From positions 20,352-84,351 of IMG/VR virus record IMGVR_UViG_3300020037_002731: a DNA stretch of 64,000 nucleotides; one strand, 5' to 3'. Positions within the stretch are counted from its first letter, which is position 1. Each line of letters starts with the position of its first letter. The position numbers were made by a program, and so were the translations under genes. The stretch is from a virus (taxonomy: Duplodnaviria; Caudoviricetes). Positions 18,175-28,524 of the stretch are shown here, in pieces. Below the pieces are notes generated by a model. That model was not told where the DNA came from. It made no database searches and saw only the letters and a list, made by a program, of their open reading frames with translations.

Positions 18175-20997
18175 CTATTCTGTAGTTTTTTTACTTACTT
18201 CATTAGGTGAAACTGAACTGTAGAATACTCTTCCTACATTATTCTTGTACATATATTTTCCTGTCTTAGAATCATAGCTATAATATTTTAAGCCCTCATT
18301 AAGTATCTTACCCAACTCTTTATCATATCCAATATTGCTAATATCATTAACAGCAGCTCCTAAATATCCTAAAGCATTATCTTGCCTTTTACTAGCATCT
18401 TGAGTATTCTCATTCTGATAAGTATGCATGGCAGCTTGTCTAAATCTATTGTTACTATCTTGTAATTGAGCTATTGCTCCTTTCTTATTAGTTTCTCTAT
18501 CTAATTTTTCAGCTTGTTCTCTAAAAGCTATTTCATTATCAGCATTTAATTTAGTACCTAAGTTATTAGCTTGTAAAGAATTTCTAACACTAGGAGAATA
18601 ATTAGTTGCAGTTTTATCTGCTGCTCTTAAACTTCTTGTATTTCTATTATACAATTGTGAATAATCAGGAGTAGTTTGAATACTTTGTAATGTAGTTAAA
18701 GCTTCATTATTAGGTTTTTCAAGATAGTTTTTATTTTTATTAAATAAAGATATTCCAGCAGCTATAGTATTAAAAGCTGGTGAAATATAATCTGCATAAT
18801 TAATACCCTCACCACCTGGAGTACTTAAATTTGTACTTTTATTAGCACTTGCAGGAGAATTCATTTTACTGTACTCATTATATCTATCTTCTAAAGGCAT
18901 TGTAGCTATTCTAGAGTTATTATATTTCATAGGGAATACATCCATACTTTCTCCCATAGCTCCTGTTAATCCATCATTATTATTAGGTAAAATACCTTGA
19001 GCAAAATTATATTGATCACTAGCACTTGAAGCACCTGATTCTAAATTATTAGTATTGTAAGGTTGCCAATTACCTCTTCCCAAAATATTATCTTGAAGTT
19101 GTTCAAATCCAAAAGGATTGTCTGTTAAATCTCCACCTAAAGGATATTTATTCAACATTCCTCCCCATTTCTTTTGAAAAGAACTAAAACTCTTTTGAAA
19201 TTTACTCTGAAGAGCTATTTCATTTTTTTCAGTTAAATTTTTATACATAAAATTCTTAGTAACATTAGAAATTTCGTCATTTCTTCCTTTAAATTTATTA
19301 TCTATCTTTTTACTTAAATCTGCAAAAGTTTTATTAACTTTTTTAGCATTAGTCTGTACTTGTCCTTTTTTATCTACTCCTAAAGTATCACTGTAAATAT
19401 AATCTCCTCTCATAGTTTCATCTCCTTCAACTTCAGCTACAGCACTGTTAGGGTTATTAACTGGTACTCCTAATTTATTAATTTTAATTCCACCTTGTTC
19501 ATGTTTAGCTCCATTAAATCTAGTTAAATCTCCACCATTTTTAAAGCTATTTCCATAAGGATTAGGATTGTATGTCTGTCTAATTGGAGTACTAGTATCT
19601 TGAGGATCTTGCTTTGTAAATTCATTAATAGCTCCTGTAGCTAATCCACTTGCTCCACCTAGTATCATAGGTACTCCTACTGCTGCTCCTGCTCCTGTAG
19701 CACTTAAAGCTATTCCTCCTGCTAAACTTCCTATACTACCTAAGTTTTCTCCTAAGAAAGATCCAAAAGTATGTTTAGGTAATCTTTTTTGCTCTTCAGT
19801 AATTTTAGGAGCAGACATTTTATGAGGTTTTGCTAATATTCTATCTTGTAAAGCATGAAAATTGATTGTATCAGGAGCAGGAGATAAACTAGGTTTATAA
19901 TTCTTAGGATATACTTTTCCACCATCTTTAAATTTATATCCCATACCTACTTCAGCTTGTGTAGCTCCAGTACTTCCATTTTTAGAAATATCTCCAGATA
20001 AGTATAAATCATTAGCATTTTTATTTCTTCTTCCAAATTTATTTAAATTTAATTCTCCTTTGATTCCCGCATTAATATGTTCTGTTCCACTTAATCTATT
20101 CTCATATGCTTTACCATCTATCCCCCAACCAAGATCTAAATAAGGATTTATACTTCCTATTTTGTTTCCTTGATGATTCATAAAATTTCTTTGTACTCCA
20201 GTTCTAAAATTAGTATAAGGTGTTAATCTATTATCTGCAAATTTAACTCCTCCTTCTACTTGTATTGGTACAGTATATTTTTTATTTTCTCCATCTAGTA
20301 CATCAGAATTATATTTTAATCCTGCTTTTAAGTTAGGAGAATTTTTATTTATTATTTCAGAATTATTTATCCAAGGATCTTTTTTCTCTTGAGTTCTATC
20401 CATGCCACCAGCTAACTCTAAACTTATAAAATCTCTATCACTAGGTAATTTTCTATTACCTCCCAGGTTTTTACTATAGTTTAAACTAGTTTTACCTATA
20501 TTTAAAGAATTTTCAGCTATAGTATTCCAAGGAATTTCCTGATTATAAAAATTTTCTTTGTTAGTTAAAGATAATTCTGATTTATTTAATTTTCCTCCAC
20601 CCTTAAAAAAATAAGGTTGTTTAGGTTTAGGTGCTGGTTTTTGTAATTTACCATCAAATCCACTATATTCTCCATTAGCATCAGCTATAGGTATTTTATT
20701 AAATCCTTTTATTTTATAATTTTCTCCTAAACTTCTAAGATCATTAACTAATGAATCTATTCTAGGTGCATTGTCTAATATTTGTTGAGAATATCCTTGA
20801 GCTTTATCTATAGGTAAAAGTCCATTTTTCATATCTTTTAACATAGCACTATCCATACTATTAGTATAGTTATACAAAGCTAGAGAATCTTGATATTTTC
20901 TAACTTTATTAGGATCAGTAGTTTGGATTGGTGGTTTTATAATACCTCCATCTGGATATTTAAGATATTTAGAAAATTTTGATTTAGATTTTTTCAT
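18175..20997 (-). CDS. Cargo protein 1-like ejected protein (about 940 aa) with a TM hairpin and repeated xxxGG motifs
   Basis: Directly after the muzzle gene; Gly/Ala-rich hydrophobic segment; HEQGGI...EVEGDE...YIYSD. Start reassigned from 21054 to ATG 20997 (MKKSK). Confidence 0.7.
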   Translation of the reverse strand: MKKSKSKFSKYLKYPDGGIIKPPIQTTDPNKVRKYQDSLALYNYTNSMDSAMLKDMKNGLLPIDKAQGYSQQILDNAPRIDSLVNDLRSLGENYKIKGFNKIPIADANGEYSGFDGKLQKPAPKPKQPYFFKGGGKLNKSELSLTNKENFYNQEIPWNTIAENSLNIGKTSLNYSKNLGGNRKLPSDRDFISLELAGGMDRTQEKKDPWINNSEIINKNSPNLKAGLKYNSDVLDGENKKYTVPIQVEGGVKFADNRLTPYTNFRTGVQRNFMNHQGNKIGSINPYLDLGWGIDGKAYENRLSGTEHINAGIKGELNLNKFGRRNKNANDLYLSGDISKNGSTGATQAEVGMGYKFKDGGKVYPKNYKPSLSPAPDTINFHALQDRILAKPHKMSAPKITEEQKRLPKHTFGSFLGENLGSIGSLAGGIALSATGAGAAVGVPMILGGASGLATGAINEFTKQDPQDTSTPIRQTYNPNPYGNSFKNGGDLTRFNGAKHEQGGIKINKLGVPVNNPNSAVAEVEGDETMRGDYIYSDTLGVDKKGQVQTNAKKVNKTFADLSKKIDNKFKGRNDEISNVTKNFMYKNLTEKNEIALQSKFQKSFSSFQKKWGGMLNKYPLGGDLTDNPFGFEQLQDNILGRGNWQPYNTNNLESGASSASDQYNFAQGILPNNNDGLTGAMGESMDVFPMKYNNSRIATMPLEDRYNEYSKMNSPASANKSTNLSTPGGEGINYADYISPAFNTIAAGISLFNKNKNYLEKPNNEALTTLQSIQTTPDYSQLYNRNTRSLRAADKTATNYSPSVRNSLQANNLGTKLNADNEIAFREQAEKLDRETNKKGAIAQLQDSNNRFRQAAMHTYQNENTQDASKRQDNALGYLGAAVNDISNIGYDKELGKILNEGLKYYSYDSKTGKYMYKNNVGRVFYSSVSPNEVSKKTTE

Positions 20998-21065
20998 GGT
21001 AAGAAAATAAAGAATATTATATAAACGGGTAAATATAATAAAAAAGGTTATCAATAGATAACCCT

Positions 21066-21097
21066 TAAAGATACAAAATTATATTGGTAAATCCAAA
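21066..21097 (-). promoter_or_regulatory. Bacteroidota-type promoter upstream of the cargo/RNAP operon
   Basis: TTTG-N20-TATCTTTA, one mismatch to the -7 consensus. Confidence 0.65.
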
Positions 21098-24000
21098 TTA
21101 ATTTCTGACTGAATTATTCTGTTCTTGGATAGTAAATACAGTATTAAGAATAAGATCATTTCTGTTAAATATCAATCTTGCTTTGTTCCAACTTCCTTTT
21201 AGAGGTTTTAGCTCATACCAGTTCTTATTAACATTAATAGCTGCTTGATTAATTACCTTATCTATAGGATAACTTGTAACAAAATTTGTGTCAGCCCAAC
21301 TACTAGTTGTACTACTAATTGCAGTATTAGCATTATTAGTTTTATCCCAAAGGTAATTTAAGCTCCATATTCCATCATTAGTACTAATAAGTACATTAGT
21401 ATCTGTTCCTGTAACAGTAGGATAAGTTACTGTTTGTGAAGGAATATTAGGATCATTAACTACAAAAACTAGAGATCCAGTATTCTGATTATTATTGTAC
21501 ACATACCCAGAATCAAAGGTTATGTACTTGTACTCATAGATATTTTCTAAATCTTCAGTAGGTTCATAACAACTTGTTTTCCAAAATACAGTATTAAGTT
21601 TTGACACTAAACTCTTACTTTTAGCTGGAATTTCTAAAATATAAGGGTATTCTACAGTATAATAATCATTAAATGTAATTTCACTATTGTGAGAATAAAT
21701 ATCATTATCTACTCCACTAAGGTAAGTATCAGTTCTTTGAATATAGAATAATGGGATAAAGCTATACCAAGATACCCAAACATTTAGTTCAGGACTATAA
21801 CTCATTGTCCAGGATTTATTAATAAATACTTCAGTATCACTTAAATCTACATACTCTTTTTCTTCTCCTTCACCAAAATAAAACCTACCATCTTCTTCCA
21901 TACTAGGTTTATTTTCCTGATCAAAGACTTTAAAATCTCTTTTAGTGAGAATCCAGAGTTTGTTCTGGGAGTCCCAGGTAGATATAAAGCCAATGCCATT
22001 AGGATTATTAGGGTTATCATAATTAGGAAAAGTTGGATAATCATTAAGTAAATTTAATTTCAAATTACTATTAAACCATGAACTCATTTTAATATTACTA
22101 ATAGGTAAGAAATTATCAGTAAATTTAAATACCATACTTCTCAAATCATCCACCATAAAACTTCCATAAGGAGTACTATTAAAAGCCCATTGAGATCTAG
22201 TTCCTACATATCCAGCATCTACATTAAATATTTCTACTGGTTCAGGATCAAATAAACTTCCAGTTCCTATTTCTACAGTACTTTCATTATTAGTTTCTAA
22301 TCTTTGATTAAACTGTTTTATAAAGATACCATTATTAAATCTGTACAAGATTCTAGCTCCACTTAAGTTTCTAACATCCCATAACTCTCCTTTGTTCTTA
22401 TTAAAATCATAATAATTATTAGGTAAATATACTAACCAATTATCTTGAGTTCCTTCTGTTTGATCTTTTTCAGAGTATATTGTTCTTGTATAAAAATGAT
22501 TATCACATTCATCAGGTTCAAAAGAATCAGGTTGAGTACAAATACTATTGAAATTCCTTGAAGTACTATAATCAGAGTTGTACAAGTAGTAATTATCAAC
22601 ATCAGCCCACATATTAGTAGGACTTTCAAATTGAAATAATTGTAATGCAAAATCATCTAAATTAGGATAAAATGTTTCCTTATTAGTTAATCCAGAATAC
22701 CTATAATTAGTATTAATACTACTCTCACAATAAAATACTGGATTACCATACAATAATCTAAATGGATCATTACCTCCAGTCCCATCTCCTCCCCATTCTC
22801 CATCATCATTTAGTATATCATCTGTATTAGCTATTCCAATGTTACTTACATATTGAGGGTACAAAGTTCTCTTATGAAAACTAAAGAATGAAATAAAAGT
22901 ATCTCCTCCAAATAAACATCCTGTATTTACTTCATCTCTTCCAACACTGCACATATTAAATGGAGCTATGTAAGTTACATTTTCAATATTTCCCCATAAG
23001 TTAGGTATGTTATTTTTTAATGCCCCATAATAAGAGGATATATCTCCATCTACTATTCCTGGAATTGTATAATCTGATTTACTATCATCAGGTTTTGTAT
23101 TAGCTAAAAATACATTAGTTGTATCTAGCATTACAGTACTTTCTCTGTACAAGTTGTTTACATTGCCTAATGTAGTACTCTGATATGAATTATTTAATAT
23201 GTACTCTTTATTATCTATTTCTCTTCTTACTGAAGTAAATTGAGGAAGTACATAATTATTGTACCAACCAGTACTAAAAACTATATCTCCTAAGAAGTTA
23301 ATATTATTTTCAGTATTAGTTCCTGTATTTACATCTGATACTGGTACAGAATAATCATATCCTGAATACCTAGCAGTTCCAAATTCTTCAGCTTCTAATT
23401 TTAATTCTGAAGTACTCCCTATTGAAGTATTTTTAAATGTTGTATCAGGAGAATAAAATGAAAATGAATTTAATAAGGCATCATCTGTTTGTGCAAAGTT
23501 AGCAAATGAACTTAAATCATTGTACATCCAATTAGTATAAATATAAGGAGCTGGAACTACTGCATTAGCAGCACCACCTGGAGCTTCTTGCTCCATATTA
23601 TTAAATAATAATCCTTTAGCTACTATACTTTTTTGGTAAGTTCTATCTCCTATTACTATTTCATACCCTACAATATCTGGAAATAAAGTAGTATCTATTT
23701 GAATATTATCACATTGAATTCCTAGTATATGTAAATAAGGGTACTCACTAATTGTGGCACTTCCATTTAAATTCTCATGAATATGATCTATACTACAATC
23801 AGGCATTTTGTGGTGTCTAATAGGTTGACCAGCTAAATCTATTACTCCATTATTCCATACATCAGGAATATTAGGGTAGGTCAAAGTACTTTCCCAATAA
23901 CTCATTTCTCCATACTCATAACATCCTTCATAAGTACCAGCACTTCCTCCTGCAAGTATGTAAGCATCATACTCTGAAGTAAAGTCTATCTTCTCTCCTG

Positions 24001-25303
24001 TATTATATATTTTCCATCTAGGAGTACTATTTGTTTGTCCTGTTAGTAAATCATCACTACTATAACCTACTTGTGAATCCCATGTTGCAGGAACAATAGC
24101 TTCTCCATACTGGTCTAATATTTCTGTAAAAGGATCTCCATTACTTCTAGTATTTAATTCTCTCCCAGGAATATGATAAGTACAAGTCTTTTCTCCTGTA
24201 TTGTACACAAGTCTAATTCCAATAGGGTAAATTTCATCCTTCATTAAACTCATTAAGTTATAATAAGGATGATTTTTATTGTAATAATCTGTAGCAAGTA
24301 CTCTATAAGTTACCCATTGTACTTGAATATCATTTGCAAATGGTTGATAATTAGGCACTTCTTTACCATGAATATTGTACCATTGAGCAATACCTGTAGT
24401 ATTTTGAACTCCTTTAAATCTCTCATAAATAGTAGGAACTGCTACAATCTCTTGTACTGTAATATCAGTACTACTATTTTCATTGCCATTATAATTATAA
24501 GTACTAGTAGTTACTGGTAAAGTAATAATGAATTGAGCACTTGATACTCCATTAATGTACTTTATAATTCCTATATTGTAGTACTCAAAACTAGTATCTA
24601 GTCCTGTAAAAGTAAATTGAATACTTTTATTAGTACTTGTATTAGCAATATCTCCTGCACCATTTATATTATTTTCTCTACTAATAATATCTATTCTATT
24701 ACTACTAGTACTCCAGGAAGTTAATCCATTTCCATTAGCATCTGCATACTGTATAAATCCAAAATAAGCTCCACTTTTTAAAGCTCCATTAGTTTGTATT
24801 TCAATATCAGTACATGGAAATTCAAATTCTCTATCTATTCTAATTGCAGCACAATCAAAGGGACTTGGTATATTATCTATATCTAAATACCTTCTTGGCT
24901 CATTATTATCTGTCCAGTATGCTCTCCTACCACAATCAAAGGTTTCTTTATAAATAGCACTAATAGGCTTATCTATTCTAAATCTAAGACATTCATCTTG
25001 TACTAAAGTTTCATAAGTACAGTTAGTTAATAAACCTATTTCAGATCCAGTATTATCACTTTTTACACTGAATATTATAAATTGGTCTAAATTATTTGTA
25101 GCAAGTCCTCCTGGATTTAAAATAAATTTATCAGCAGGAATACTAGTACACAAATCATTACCTTCATAGTTAGTATAATAGTAAGATCCTCCTCTTAAAG
25201 AGAATTTACCATTTAAACAATATGTAATTTCACCTTCTTTTACTTGAGAAAGTTCAGCATCTAAATTTAATCCACCAATGCTAGGAGTACTAATAATTTC
25301 CAT
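21098..25303 (-). CDS. Muzzle / tail stabilisation protein (crAss gp44-like, P22 gp10-like)
   Basis: 1401 aa; N-terminal GGLNLD...YCLNG motif; beta-rich; located between the ring gene and the cargo genes. Confidence 0.8.
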   Translation of the reverse strand: MEIISTPSIGGLNLDAELSQVKEGEITYCLNGKFSLRGGSYYYTNYEGNDLCTSIPADKFILNPGGLATNNLDQFIIFSVKSDNTGSEIGLLTNCTYETLVQDECLRFRIDKPISAIYKETFDCGRRAYWTDNNEPRRYLDIDNIPSPFDCAAIRIDREFEFPCTDIEIQTNGALKSGAYFGFIQYADANGNGLTSWSTSSNRIDIISRENNINGAGDIANTSTNKSIQFTFTGLDTSFEYYNIGIIKYINGVSSAQFIITLPVTTSTYNYNGNENSSTDITVQEIVAVPTIYERFKGVQNTTGIAQWYNIHGKEVPNYQPFANDIQVQWVTYRVLATDYYNKNHPYYNLMSLMKDEIYPIGIRLVYNTGEKTCTYHIPGRELNTRSNGDPFTEILDQYGEAIVPATWDSQVGYSSDDLLTGQTNSTPRWKIYNTGEKIDFTSEYDAYILAGGSAGTYEGCYEYGEMSYWESTLTYPNIPDVWNNGVIDLAGQPIRHHKMPDCSIDHIHENLNGSATISEYPYLHILGIQCDNIQIDTTLFPDIVGYEIVIGDRTYQKSIVAKGLLFNNMEQEAPGGAANAVVPAPYIYTNWMYNDLSSFANFAQTDDALLNSFSFYSPDTTFKNTSIGSTSELKLEAEEFGTARYSGYDYSVPVSDVNTGTNTENNINFLGDIVFSTGWYNNYVLPQFTSVRREIDNKEYILNNSYQSTTLGNVNNLYRESTVMLDTTNVFLANTKPDDSKSDYTIPGIVDGDISSYYGALKNNIPNLWGNIENVTYIAPFNMCSVGRDEVNTGCLFGGDTFISFFSFHKRTLYPQYVSNIGIANTDDILNDDGEWGGDGTGGNDPFRLLYGNPVFYCESSINTNYRYSGLTNKETFYPNLDDFALQLFQFESPTNMWADVDNYYLYNSDYSTSRNFNSICTQPDSFEPDECDNHFYTRTIYSEKDQTEGTQDNWLVYLPNNYYDFNKNKGELWDVRNLSGARILYRFNNGIFIKQFNQRLETNNESTVEIGTGSLFDPEPVEIFNVDAGYVGTRSQWAFNSTPYGSFMVDDLRSMVFKFTDNFLPISNIKMSSWFNSNLKLNLLNDYPTFPNYDNPNNPNGIGFISTWDSQNKLWILTKRDFKVFDQENKPSMEEDGRFYFGEGEEKEYVDLSDTEVFINKSWTMSYSPELNVWVSWYSFIPLFYIQRTDTYLSGVDNDIYSHNSEITFNDYYTVEYPYILEIPAKSKSLVSKLNTVFWKTSCYEPTEDLENIYEYKYITFDSGYVYNNNQNTGSLVFVVNDPNIPSQTVTYPTVTGTDTNVLISTNDGIWSLNYLWDKTNNANTAISSTTSSWADTNFVTSYPIDKVINQAAINVNKNWYELKPLKGSWNKARLIFNRNDLILNTVFTIQEQNNSVRN

Positions 25304-26015
25304 ATCTTCTCTTAGGGATTCTAAATCTGTTGTACTTGTAATTTGTATTTGTAATTATGTTTCCAGCTTCTATTACACTAGGAGTTAAAAAGAATCCTTT
25401 AGCTTGACCAAAGTATTGTTTATATCTTTCCTCATGTCCTGCTAATTTATTCCAATCATACTCTCCTAGTATTGCTGGTTCTCTAAGCCAATTCCATAGT
25501 ATGTATTCTTGAATAGCTTGCTTAGTACTTTCTTCATCAGGATACATAGGTATATTTGTATCAGGATCTACTTTAAAACTTTGAGCTAAGATACTAACAC
25601 AAGAATCTGTAAAGTTAAAAGTGAGGTAAGGATAATTAACACTAAAAGTAATACCTACATTTCTAGGAGCTAACCTAGTACAAGAATCACTTACTATATT
25701 ACTTCTTATTCCATCTACATATCTAATAGGGTATTGAAAATTAAAAGAATCTGTAATTAAGGAATTACACCTATTTTTATAAACTCCATCAATGATCTTA
25801 ATTTCTGTAGGTAATTTTACCTTATTATTCTCTATACTAAGATTATAGATTTGAGGTTCAGTACTTCCAGCACCTAGTTGTCTAAGTACATATACAGCCC
25901 AATTAATAGCATCACTTTTATTCAAAGTGAATTTATCATTAAGTCTAGGATACAATCCTATTATCTCATTAACTAAGAGATCAGTTTTCTTGTATTCAAA
26001 AAGCTCATTGTTCAT
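25290..26015 (-). CDS. Tail ring protein (ring 1-like)
   Basis: 241 aa; size, position directly upstream of the muzzle gene, and the helical IQEYILWNW C-terminus fit crAss ring proteins. Confidence 0.65.
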   Translation of the reverse strand: MNNELFEYKKTDLLVNEIIGLYPRLNDKFTLNKSDAINWAVYVLRQLGAGSTEPQIYNLSIENNKVKLPTEIKIIDGVYKNRCNSLITDSFNFQYPIRYVDGIRSNIVSDSCTRLAPRNVGITFSVNYPYLTFNFTDSCVSILAQSFKVDPDTNIPMYPDEESTKQAIQEYILWNWLREPAILGEYDWNKLAGHEERYKQYFGQAKGFFLTPSVIEAGNIITNTNYKYNRFRIPKRRYGNY

Positions 26016-26422
26016 ACTATGAGATAATTATACTCTTTGGATTTGATTTTCTTTGCAAGAGATCTTGAAAAGGTTCTTGTTGGAATAAATTTATAGATAT
26101 TACTTATTTTATAATTAGGTTGAATCCAGCTAAATCTAAATCTAATACCTTCAGAATGATCATTAAAAATGTAAATTCTTTTCTTATGTATTTGACTTAA
26201 TCTTTTATCTACTGTTCTTGTATTTGTTTTAGTTCCTGTAATCTTTAATCTTCCCATCTTAGGAACTTTATACCCAAAGTAATTTGTTAGTACTTTATCT
26301 TGAATACATTGATTAAAATCAGATATTATTTTAGTCCAAAGTGTTTGTTTAATCTCTAATTTTAGATCTTTCTTAGCTTGTAAATAGAAACTAGTAGTTC
26401 TGTAATCTGTTGTGCTTGGCAT
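26012..26422 (-). CDS. IHF/HU-like DNA-binding protein
   Basis: Basic 136 aa; helix followed by YKVPKMGRLKI strand pattern; conserved position among the crAss ring genes. Confidence 0.6.
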   Translation of the reverse strand: MPSTTDYRTTSFYLQAKKDLKLEIKQTLWTKIISDFNQCIQDKVLTNYFGYKVPKMGRLKITGTKTNTRTVDKRLSQIHKKRIYIFNDHSEGIRFRFSWIQPNYKISNIYKFIPTRTFSRSLAKKIKSKEYNYLIV

Positions 26423-26432
26423 AATTTAATTA

Positions 26433-26663
26433 TCATTCTTTTATATTTTTATGAAATGATTTCCAATTCCATTCTTTAGAAGCATAAAATGGAACTAGTT
26501 TCTCATTAACATAGCTATAAGCTACTATTTCCATATCTTTTAATTTCTCTTTTTGTAATCTATCATTTTCTGTTTCTAACCATAATCTATGTAGCTCAAA
26601 ATTAGTTTTTGAAAGATTAAAATATTTATTCTTTAAATTATGGTTTGCATAAACTGAATCCAT
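26433..26663 (-). CDS. Hypothetical protein
   Basis: 76-aa ORF tightly packed between its neighbours. Confidence 0.55.
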   Translation of the reverse strand: MDSVYANHNLKNKYFNLSKTNFELHRLWLETENDRLQKEKLKDMEIVAYSYVNEKLVPFYASKEWNWKSFHKNIKE

Positions 26664-27385
26664 TATTCTTCTGATTTTAATTTATTAGGTAAGGCTGGAG
26701 CTGAATCATTCCTAGCATTGTTCTCTTTATCTTCATAAGCTATTCCATAAAATTGAGCTATTTCAATACAAGTAGCTTTTCTAATTGCATCCCATAAATC
26801 TCCATGAACATTAAACTCTAGCTCTAAATAAGGACTAGGACAAGTTTCTTGTATTAGTACTCCACAAGAGTCATAAGTTTTGCAAGTATTGAGTAATTCT
26901 ACTTCTATAGGATCTTCTGCTATCAATCTTAATTTAACTCCTAAGATATTTCCATTAACTATTAAGTAATCATTGCTTTGAGTAGCATCTGGAATTGGAG
27001 ATTTATATTTCTGATTTCTTGAATTAATCATTTTATCAAGATCTACTATTTGAATTATTTCTCCATTATCTAGAGTATAAACTTTAACTGCTGGTTTTCC
27101 AGTATTATAGTCCATACTTGCAGGTAATTTAAATTTAGATTTAGAAACTATTTGATTAAATACTATTCCACAGCACTCTGAAGTATCTGATAACTCCATA
27201 GGAAAACAATAGATTGTTTGAAATGCCGAAGTATTAAATAAGTACCCTTTATTTAATTCTCTTCCATATATGAGGCATCTTTTCGATTTTATAACACTGT
27301 AAATAAATCTATTAGACGGTGTACTATCGTCTGAATTTAATTTTAATTCATTCCTTATGGCGTAGATTGCTTCAGAAACTTTCAT
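26663..27385 (-). CDS. Tail ring protein (ring 2-like)
   Basis: 240 aa, MKVSEAIYAIRNELKLNSDDS...RFIYSVIKSKR, typical of crAss ring proteins; synteny. Confidence 0.65.
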   Translation of the reverse strand: MKVSEAIYAIRNELKLNSDDSTPSNRFIYSVIKSKRCLIYGRELNKGYLFNTSAFQTIYCFPMELSDTSECCGIVFNQIVSKSKFKLPASMDYNTGKPAVKVYTLDNGEIIQIVDLDKMINSRNQKYKSPIPDATQSNDYLIVNGNILGVKLRLIAEDPIEVELLNTCKTYDSCGVLIQETCPSPYLELEFNVHGDLWDAIRKATCIEIAQFYGIAYEDKENNARNDSAPALPNKLKSEE

Positions 27386-28086
27386 ACAATTATATATTTA
27401 TTTCTATTATTATCATATAAATTTACAGATCTATTATATTTCTTTGCTTTATTTTTCTCTATTCCAATGTAACTTCTATTCTTTTCTAAGAACCTTGCAC
27501 AATCTGAATTAGATTCAAATTGAAAAATCTCTTCTGTATTAAGATTTTTAATTTTAATCTCTGCCTTACTCCCCCTTATTTTGTGAGGTACTAATTTATT
27601 TAATTTATCTACTTTATAAAATTTAAATCTAAAACCTCCTGATGTTTGTGTTTTCTCTAAACAACACACACTTATATTATGTGAAATTATATTTAATTTT
27701 CTTCCCGCTTCCATTATTGTTTTAAATTCCTGTATATAATTACCATTCAAATCATATTGATAAACCTTCTTTCCCTCTCTATCATATCCATTTCCTCCTT
27801 TTAAAATATTGTACCCTATATTTCTATTAGTGCTATTGTATAATTGTATATAATGAATTTCTAATTCATCTAGTAATTGTCTATTAAAGTTTCCACTTTT
27901 AATAATATCAAATTTAAAATTATCCTTTCCATACTTCCTTATTGCATTTAAAACTAAAGATTTTTTATTCTTTTTATTAACAGCTTCATAAATATGTCTA
28001 ATAAATCTATCTTTTGGATTTTTAATAGTCTGTCCTATATAAATCTTTCCATTTATTAAGTTAGTTATTTTATAGATAGATTCCAT
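27382..28086 (-). mobile_element. GIY-YIG homing endonuclease with NUMOD1-like repeats
   Basis: SIYKITNLINGKIYIGQT...R; KKVYQYDLNGNYIQEFKTIMEA NUMOD1-like repeat. Confidence 0.9.
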
Positions 28087-28524
28087 TTAAGTATTATTTA
28101 TTGTTGTTGATCCAACTGTACTACAAAAAACATCATAAGGAGGATTATAAGGATAAGGATTAGTGTAAGGATTAATATAAGGAACATAAGGAGTAAAGGG
28201 AATACATGGGGCATCTTCCAAAGATTTATTCCTATTCTTAAGTCTTAGATTCTCTAATTGTAGCTCATTATTCATATCTTCCATTAACCTAACCTTATCA
28301 GTTAATCTTAATACTTCTTTAGTTTGTTTAGCACAATCTTCTCTAAGTTCTTTCCAATCTTGTACTAAAGCTTTAATTCCAGTATCTTGAGATTGTAAAT
28401 CTTCTCCTAGTTCTTTAATATCATTGTATAATTCTGAATTTACTTTATTCAATTCTCTAATTACTTGTATTTGTTTTTTAATTATTTCTTCTTTATTTTT
28501 TATTTGATTGTATAAATCATTCAT
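28087..28524 (-). CDS. Coiled-coil protein with a Pro/Tyr-rich tail
   Basis: Heptad-rich 145 aa with PFTPYVPYINPYTNPYPYNPPY. Confidence 0.65.
   Translation of the reverse strand: MNDLYNQIKNKEEIIKKQIQVIRELNKVNSELYNDIKELGEDLQSQDTGIKALVQDWKELREDCAKQTKEVLRLTDKVRLMEDMNNELQLENLRLKNRNKSLEDAPCIPFTPYVPYINPYTNPYPYNPPYDVFCSTVGSTTINNT

Noticed and set aside
1162-22656. Short same-strand alternative-frame ORFs (1162..1410, 9750..9938, 21847..22044, 22432..22656)
   Set aside because: They are fully nested in larger genes and have the low-complexity Leu/Ile/Lys composition typical of off-frame AT-rich sequence.
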